NCBI GenBank assembly: GCA_000091205.1
Contig: AP006492.2
Source: Cyanidioschyzon merolae
Taxonomy: Eukaryota
DNA: 64,000 nucleotides
Direction: 5' to 3' (one strand)
Made by a program: the position numbers and the translations under genes. The number at the start of each line of letters is the position of its first letter. Positions within the stretch are counted from its first letter, which is position 1. The notes beneath the pieces were generated by a model. The model was not told the DNA's origin. It did no database searches and worked only from the letters and a program-made list of their open reading frames with translations. Positions 57,363 through 64,000 of the stretch are shown here, in pieces.

Positions 57363-60300
57363 GTAATGAAGAACTGATACAAGTCGAGGACTGTACAAAA
57401 GGCAAAAGAGACCCAACCAGACACGGAGAAGGAGACACAGAAACCTCATGATCCACCTAGATGCAAAATAACCAGAGAATGTAGCTCAGGAAAGAACCCG
57501 ATGAAGAAGAAAACCAACAAGAGAAAAACAGAAGAATAGGAAGAAGAACTCCCGAACGAGTCCACAGGCGGGGGCTCCAGCGAACCCATCACAAGTCGTC
57601 CCCGAAAGAGCACCCCAGCAGGAACTCAAGAAAGCCGTCGCCAAACCGAGTCACCTACTCACAGCGCTGAAGATCCGAAAAGCCGTGCATACAAATCTTT
57701 AGACCAATTGGCACGCGAGTTTGTAGATGGGAATCAGAAGTTGCCGGAGAGCTGGGACTGCTTGCACCAGAACGCAACAGTTGCAAACCTCAGTGCCTGA
57801 AACGACGTACCAATACCCGGATTGACGAGCGCCACCGACTCTATCAGATCGTCAACCACACCGCCATACGCGCCAACGCTGGAGACAAGGAAGCGAAGGC
57901 AGTCCTAACGGCGCTACAGGCACAACATGAAGAAGCTATCAAAAGAAAGAAGAAACTTTCCAGAGAAGACAAACGAGAGGATCGAAACCGCAAAATCGCC
58001 TCCCTAGCGAAATCTATGCTAGAGAGCACCAACGAAGATGAGACCTGGCGCTACATTCGATCGAGACTGGACCCACCAAAAAAGTGCTTGGGGCTCACAC
58101 CAATCGTTTATGAGGAAGTGCTGAGGACGGAGCGTGCCTCAGTGAATGAGGCCTGGACGGACCACGGCACAGAGCTGCATGAAGACGCAACTGGGAACTG
58201 CCAAGACAGAATCTATTGGCACCAGTATGCCGCAGAACTACCGCGCCTCGAACCGGTACCGGAATGGAACGACCCAATCTTCTGGCCTGAATCTGTTCGG
58301 ACCGTGCTATGCTCAAGCAACCGCAAAACACCTGGCATCGACGGTATCGCGGCGGAGTGGATGAAACTGGTGATCCCAAAAGACGGGACAAGAGGGACAC
58401 TATCGATACCAGATGAACCTGACACAAGCTTAGGCAAACGCCTTGTGGAGCTCATCCAACGCATGTTCGAAGAGGCGTACATCCCGGATTTATGGAGGAC
58501 TGCCGAGGTCGTACCGATCCTCAAAAAGGACTCCGACGTACACAAACACAGACATGAACAACTACCGGACTATTCGCCTCATCCCGTCAATCATGAAGCT
58601 ACTTTGCGCCATTCCCACGAACCGGACTCAGAGAGGCCTCGTGGAACGCAAGTTCTTCGCCCCAGAACAGGCTGGATTCCGGAGCCACGAGGAGTGCATG
58701 AGCCATGCCCTGACCCTAACTGAAGTGGTGCAACGTCGCTCCATTAGCGGCCAACAACCAGCTTACGTATGCTTCACCGACTTTCAAAAGGCCTTTGACA
58801 CGGTCCCGCACGAGGCTCCATTTCTCAAGATGGAACGAGCCCAAGTCTCCGGAAAGTGCTTAGCGTTCTTCCGTGCGCTCTATGCAGACTCATGGATGCG
58901 CATCCGACTGGGCGACCGCTCAAGAACCCCTTCCAGAAGAATCCGCCGTGGACTGCGGCAGGGCGAGCGCGCATCCCCGCTCCTTTTCAACATCTTCATC
59001 AACGATCTGCTGAACAACTGCAGACAATACGGGCTTGAGGTGCCGTGGATAGACTGTGGAGATACCCGATGAGGAGCTCTCACATAGGAACCGCCTCGCA
59101 GGCCGTCTAGTTGCGGACGATGTCGTGCTGTTGGCACCCGCCCCGGAAACGCTTGCGGGTAGCATGGAACAAGTCAGCGCCCGGGCCGATCGCTGGGAGA
59201 TGAGCATAGGAGCATCGAAGTGCGGCGTCATGGTCATCCATGGAGACTCGCAGAGCATTCGCAATCGCTCGTGGCGGTTGCAGAATCAGGAAATTCCGAT
59301 CGTGGAAAAATATCGCTACCCGGGGGTCTGTCTAACGCCGACGCTCGACGAAGAGGCACACGTCGACGAGATGATCGCCAAGATGCATAGACGTACAGCG
59401 ATCGCACGTCCATTCCCATCCGACCCCTCTATCTGCATAGCAATTCGTACCAGGGCACGAAGGATGTGTATCATCCAGCCTGCGACCTGGGGTGCTGAGT
59501 GGTGCGGCATGAACCACACAAATGCCTCACGTCTGCAGATAGCCGCCAACATGGCAATGCGACTCGTTGTTGCTGTTGGATGCTCAATGTAGAGCAGAGC
59601 AACCACCGCGCTGGCACTCGGACTTGAACTCCAAATAGCCTCGACAGAGGCGACAGCAGCAGGTTGCCGGGCACGCATATGGGGCAAAGGGCCAACTATG
59701 AACACCTGGTTCGATCGGATATCCATGCAGACCCCAACGCACCGCAAGAACACTTGGATGAAATCGACGCAGATTTGGCTGAAGCGCCTCTTAGGGGACA
59801 ACACGCTCCCCAATCGTTCCCCAGGAATGTAGAAGACTTCAGACGCCTCAAGCGAACGGTCCAAACAACAATTTGGGAACGTAGACACGGAACCAGTCGC
59901 GCCAGTAACGCCGGCTTAACTCTATACCGGAACTACAACCTAGCATACACATGCAAGTACTGGTGGGAGGCGCTGGAATTCCCGGGACTTGCTCGAGGTA
60001 CCCAGTGGCTCGCCAAAATCCGCGTTGATGGCTTCTGGCTAGCGGCACCGGCTCTAAACCATATAGGGACACTGGAATCGCACTGGGAGTCACACTGTCC
60101 CTGCTATCGAGACGAAATCCCCGAGACGCTGACATATTTAGGCTTACAGTGCCCGCGCTGGAAGCAGGAGCGCAGCGAGCTCCTTGAAGGACAGCAGCAG
60201 CTGGGCATCACCATGATAGCCGAGGGCCGGACATTCACTTTGAGTGCAGCACTGGCAACTGATGGTCCGCTAACAGATCCTCAGTGCTCATTAGTGGCCA

Positions 60301-60830
60301 ACAAACTCACATGCTACGTTCTAGGCATGAGGTCCAGCGTATCGGATGCGCACACGGGCCCAGTGCGCTTTCTGCGCCCACCTTTTGTGGTGGGTGTCAA
60401 GCACAAATCCGCATTTCCAACCGACGACAACGCATTCCATGCATGATCACGAAGGAGAGAGGCGGCTCCCACGATATATCCTAACAGTCAAGTTTCTCCA
60501 GCGTGTCGTGCAGCGAAGGCAAGCCTGCATCCGCAGACTGTCCGAGCACAAACTGACGACGAGACTCGATTCTACGTCGGGTGAAGCACACCTCGAGCCG
60601 ACGCCCTTTGTGGTATAGAAAAGCCGTTCTGTCTCCATGATGCATCTGTACCAAAGGTAAAGACGCTATTGCGGATAATTAGGACAGGTTCTGGGCACAC
60701 GATAGGACGTATGAGATGACCAGAATATCTGAGACGAAGTATAGGTAATGGAACTTGGGAGTAGCCTGTTTGATGGATACTTCACGGCGCACTGAAAAAA
60801 AGAGAAAAAAGTAAGAAAAGAAAAATGCGC
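57363..60830 (+). mobile_element. Degenerate, 5'-truncated non-LTR (LINE) retrotransposon.
   Basis: Reverse-transcriptase motifs are spread over frameshifted ORFs. ORF 58016..58723 carries motif 0 (PGIDGIAAEWMKL...WRTAEVVPILKK). ORF 58443..59072 carries motif 1 NYRTIRLIPSIMKLL, motif 2 FQKAFDTVPH and motifs 3-4 RGLRQGERASPLLFNIFIND. ORF 59056..59592 carries motif 5 LVADDVVLLA. ORF 59664..60446 carries the C-terminal Cys-His knuckle HCPCYRDEIPETLTYLGLQCPRWKQER. An A-rich tail lies at about 60795-60828. No endonuclease domain is seen upstream. Confidence 0.8.
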
Positions 60831-60924
60831 GTGATCGGAGAACGCTGGCCTAAGTAAACGTTTTGTCAACGAAAAAACAAATACCGCCCCAGCAGCGCCT
60901 GGGCGGACAAGCGGCCGCGATCCG

Positions 60925-61143
60925 GCGCAATCGCCGGAAAGCTCTGCGCCGCTGCAATCGCCGGAAAGCTCTGCGCCGCTGCAATCGCCGGAAAGCTCTG
61001 CGCCGCTGCAATCGCCGGAACGCTCTGCGCCGCTGCAATCGCCGGAACGCTCTGCGCCGCTGCAATCGCCGGAAAGCTCTGCGCCGCTGCAATCGCCGGA
61101 AAGCTCTGCGCCGCTGCAATCGCCGGAAAGCTCTGCGCCGCTG
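60925..61143. repeat. Minisatellite, 27-bp unit (caatcgccggaaagctctgcgccgctg) x about 8.
   Basis: Direct tandem copies with an A/C variant (ggaaag/ggaacg). Located about 80 bp upstream of the ClpS-like ORF. Confidence 0.9.
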
Positions 61144-61221
61144 CAGGCGCGCCGGCCAGAGCGCTCTCCATAGATCCGTAACTCTTATTTTGCGTGTGCA
61201 GAGGCTAGAGCGGTACGCTGG

Positions 61222-61818
61222 ATGGAACTGTTTCGAAAAATGAAAGCTTGCAACGGCCTACTCGGTTTTTGTTCTTGGTATACGGATATCGGCAAACTGG
61301 ACTCGACTTTGCGGCAACGACGAGAACGTTTGCGTTGTCGAGTGCGGCGTGCGGTGGTAGCTGGAGCAGCGGCTTCTTCGCTCGACGGGTCGCGCACGCA
61401 TGCACGCGGGACACCAGGACACCGACTGGTGCGAGGGCAGATGCCCGCGCCTAAAATTGGGCGGCCGAAAACCGAAGTGAAGCGAGAGACCTTCCGTATG
61501 CCAGAACCGGTAAAGGAGGTCGAGGCAGAAGCGGGCGCTGTTCGAGGGCGCCCGAAAACGAAGCGTGTGACGGACACGGAGTTCGTGCCGATGTGGAAAG
61601 TGATTCTACTAGGCGACAAAGAATATGAGGAAAAGCACGTCATAGAATCGCTAGTGAAGACCATCCCAAAAATGGACAAGGAGGAGGCGCGACGAATTTT
61701 CAAAGAGGCCCAAGCTGTTGGGGAATCTGTGGTTACCGTTGTCGCTCAGGAGCACGCCGAGTTCTACGCGACGATGCTGCGGCGATGCTCGCTTTACGTG
61801 CGAATCGAACCGGAGTGA
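61222..61818 (+). CDS. ClpS-like Clp-protease adaptor domain protein with an N-terminal extension containing two RGRP/GRPK AT-hook-like motifs.
   Basis: The C-terminal about 90 aa read PMWKVILLGDKEYEEKHVIESLVKTIPKMDKEEARRIFKEAQAVGESVVTVVAQEHAEFYATMLRRCSL, matching the ClpS core (..MYKVILLNDDYTPMEFV...A..LM..VH..G.AVCGVFT.EVAETKV..V). The N-terminus carries KIGRPKTEVKRE and RGRPKTKRV. Confidence 0.6.
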   Translation: MELFRKMKACNGLLGFCSWYTDIGKLDSTLRQRRERLRCRVRRAVVAGAAASSLDGSRTHARGTPGHRLVRGQMPAPKIGRPKTEVKRETFRMPEPVKEVEAEAGAVRGRPKTKRVTDTEFVPMWKVILLGDKEYEEKHVIESLVKTIPKMDKEEARRIFKEAQAVGESVVTVVAQEHAEFYATMLRRCSLYVRIEPE

Positions 61819-63080
61819 ACGCGCATTCTGCAGCACGGGTCCTCTTGAGGGTGTCTTTCGTCGGTGATATGAGGCGGGGTCATACGAGCCGCTCTATGGC
61901 CGGCACGATCGCACCGCTTTTGCTGGAGTGGTGGCAGCTCTGCTGAAAAGGAGCACTGACGCCCCAATGATCAGTGAAGATCTAAAGCGCTTCAGAGTTC
62001 TAGCCTGGTGGTGCACAAGTTAGCATCGCCACGGAAAATCAAGGTGCATTTGGCCGTGAAATCCCCTGTGCATATCAGAGATACCCGTCGGATGCGCGAA
62101 TGCCAGGGGTTTCTCGCCGAACGCCCCGGGGGATCGTTTCGCAAGACCTGAGGCATCCTTGAACGCGCAACGTTTGATCTTTATAAGCAGCGAGAACCCG
62201 GCTATTGGACCGGTGAACAAATACATATGTTGCCGCTGGGCAACAGCATCGAATATGCCACCCCTGGTGCCCAGCTCGTGCATGGTGCTTCACCAATGCT
62301 GTCAGTTGCGCGTATGACATCAACATGCAATCGTGGATCATTTTGTAACCCAAGTGCCTTAATCTGTCCGCCCGTACGCGAGTATCATCACACAGCATCG
62401 GCCAACAAGCGCCCAGCAACGAGCGCAGAGCAAGGCCCGGACAAGTCAGCGTCGGTCTGCGCTTATGGGGGTGCCAGGGCACGAATACGGAACTTGCCGC
62501 GTCCGCAATTTGGAAACTCGTCGCGCACTTTGCGAGAAACATGGCGCGGCCGTCGGTTTCGAAAACGTACGAGACTTGGTACGTTCATGCTTGAAAGTCG
62601 TCAGGCAGTTATTGAGCGTGCAACCAAAGAGAACCGCTGACTGTCATACCTATTACCTTTCTTGTCTGTGTTCTTGACCACCCCGGAGGCTTGCATTGCG
62701 CAAAGCGGTGCTGTTCCTTGGTGAAATTCCATCCAGCGCGCGAAACTTAACATTCACTGGGTCCGTCTACTCGTAGCACAGATAAGGTGTCTGAATGAAC
62801 GACGCGACAGTAGTATCTGAAAGCTCTTTCCAGAGATTTTTGCACCACTAACCAGAGGTGTGACAAGTCGACTGGGCAGGAGACCTCTATCTTGTAGCAT
62901 GCATGGCTCAAGAGGATTGCGCAGGATATGAGTTGCAACGTAGGATCGAACGGGAACGAGCGGGACCGAGTGAGAACGAGCGGTTTCGTAAACTTACGCC
63001 AGCGCGTCGCAGAGATCATGCGCCCCCTGCGGCGTATGTGTTCTTGTTGCGCAGACGGAAAGCACGAGCGACGAACCGCT

Positions 63081-63985
63081 TCAAACCAAAATGCAACGCA
63101 TCACGCGGTCCAGCATCCACAGTCCCAAGGACGCCATGCTTTCATCGTACTCCAGCGTTCTGAAGTTCACCGCTGTCGATATGAATGAAAATTCGCTGCC
63201 GGGCGACTCGCGTTTCGATGCATAGCGCGAAACGTCTGCGTCTCTTACATTCAGCGTTGGGCTCCAGCTGCCGTCCTTTCGCATCACGCATGTACGAAGC
63301 ACGTCACGAGTCGCAAACTCCCCGACGCACTCGAGATGCCTGCTCCCCGCATGCATATCACTTCGCTCAGCGTAGTGTGCGCTCCAGAGATGCCTCATTT
63401 CGGAATTGGGCGCAAAAAATATTCGCAGACGTCATGGCTCATCGGTAGCAACTCCGCCACGAAAAGGCGCTGTATCCAGTACAGGCACAATGCGCCTCGA
63501 TGATCTTCTACCATTTCATTCGGGAAGAGCGGCGAGCGCTGGTCGGTCTCATGCTCCGCACGCTGACCCCTGAGTCCGCATGCCTCAAAGAACATTGCGT
63601 ACGAATCGGTTGGGAAAAGGAGATCATCGTCGTGAGCGGGAATTTTCAAAAAATAGAGCATCGTCGACTCACCAGTGTCTTTGCCGCCCTGCATCCATAA
63701 ATATTCCACTTCCGTTGATGTCAACGAGGTAGTGCACCAGCACGCGTACGTCGGTCGCCAGTCGACCTTCCGACGAACAAGACCGAGAAACACTGGATCA
63801 GATACTCTGCAAGTCGGCAGATTCAACTCGTCGCATAGTTCGCTCTTCACCGCGTCTAGAAATTCCTGCCAGACCCCCTGAGTCACGTCGATGGAGGTTG
63901 CAACATTCGATGGCTCTGGATGCCCGCCCGGAAGGACCCAGCGTCCGCTGGCTTCCCCCAAGCGACTGCTACGGCGCTGGCACAC
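63081..63985 (-). CDS. Hypothetical protein, possibly Nudix-like (non-canonical), perhaps spanning two ORFs (63395..63985 and 63081..63398).
   Basis: GRWVLPGGHPEP resembles the start of a Nudix box, but the REx2EE part is not canonical. Two adjacent same-strand ORFs suggest a frameshift or an intron. Low confidence. Confidence 0.2.
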
Positions 63986-64000
63986 AATCTTGCCATCTGC

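Noticed and set aside
60925-61143. A 27-bp direct-repeat array that superficially resembles a CRISPR array.
   Set aside because: Units are contiguous with no spacers, and the context is eukaryotic (a LINE and nuclear genes flank it). It is a minisatellite.

Overview
Eukaryotic nuclear DNA, about 58-60% GC and intron-poor: most genes read as single long ORFs. I could not identify the organism. A ClpS-like protein and an RR-motif signal peptide hint at a plastid-bearing protist or alga, but that is an inference.

Recognisable host genes, in order along the window:
- Glyceraldehyde-3-phosphate dehydrogenase
- Spb1/FtsJ rRNA methyltransferase
- Tim44
- A gamma-tubulin complex component
- CTU1/NCS6 tRNA thiolase
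- Phage-type mitochondrial RNA polymerase
- A PRA1/Yip3-like protein
- MCM6
- A glycogenin-like GT8 glycosyltransferase
- An ACOT9-like acyl-CoA thioesterase
- tRNA-Cys(GCA)
- A p24/TMED protein
- Yos1/IER3IP1
- A calcineurin-B-like EF-hand protein
- A CYP710/CYP61-like sterol C-22 desaturase
- Phosphoglucomutase
- A ClpS-like adaptor

The most interesting content is a Fanzor (eukaryotic TnpB-like, RuvC) nuclease family.
- One near-complete gene sits at about 53856..56300 on the minus strand. Its C-terminal RuvC half (350 aa) carries the GxDPG, DEFRTS and RDSNAAINI motifs. The N-terminal half is interrupted by in-frame stops and a frameshift.
- At least four further Fanzor-derived relics lie at about 1-602, 16000-16500, 19125-19650 and 31100-31610.
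- A young dispersed repeat of about 1.3 kb occurs three times (347-1620, 4445-5400, 31350-32706). Both of its termini are made of Fanzor coding sequence in a permuted arrangement, and copies 1 and 2 flank the GAPDH gene as direct repeats.

Other notable structure:
- A pair of 1.8-kb, about 99%-identical inverted repeats (41692-43506 and 48137-49951) encloses the EF-hand gene, the P450 gene and a microsatellite cluster.
- A degenerate, 5'-truncated LINE lies at about 57.4-60.8 kb.
- There are several mini- and microsatellites (94-bp x3, 15-bp x17, 27-bp x8, (GCGT)n).
- The Fanzor + LINE region is a lower-GC island relative to the host genes.

The Fanzor locus, its candidate omega-RNA region, the Fanzor-derived repeat family, and the large inverted repeat are the best candidates for something undescribed.
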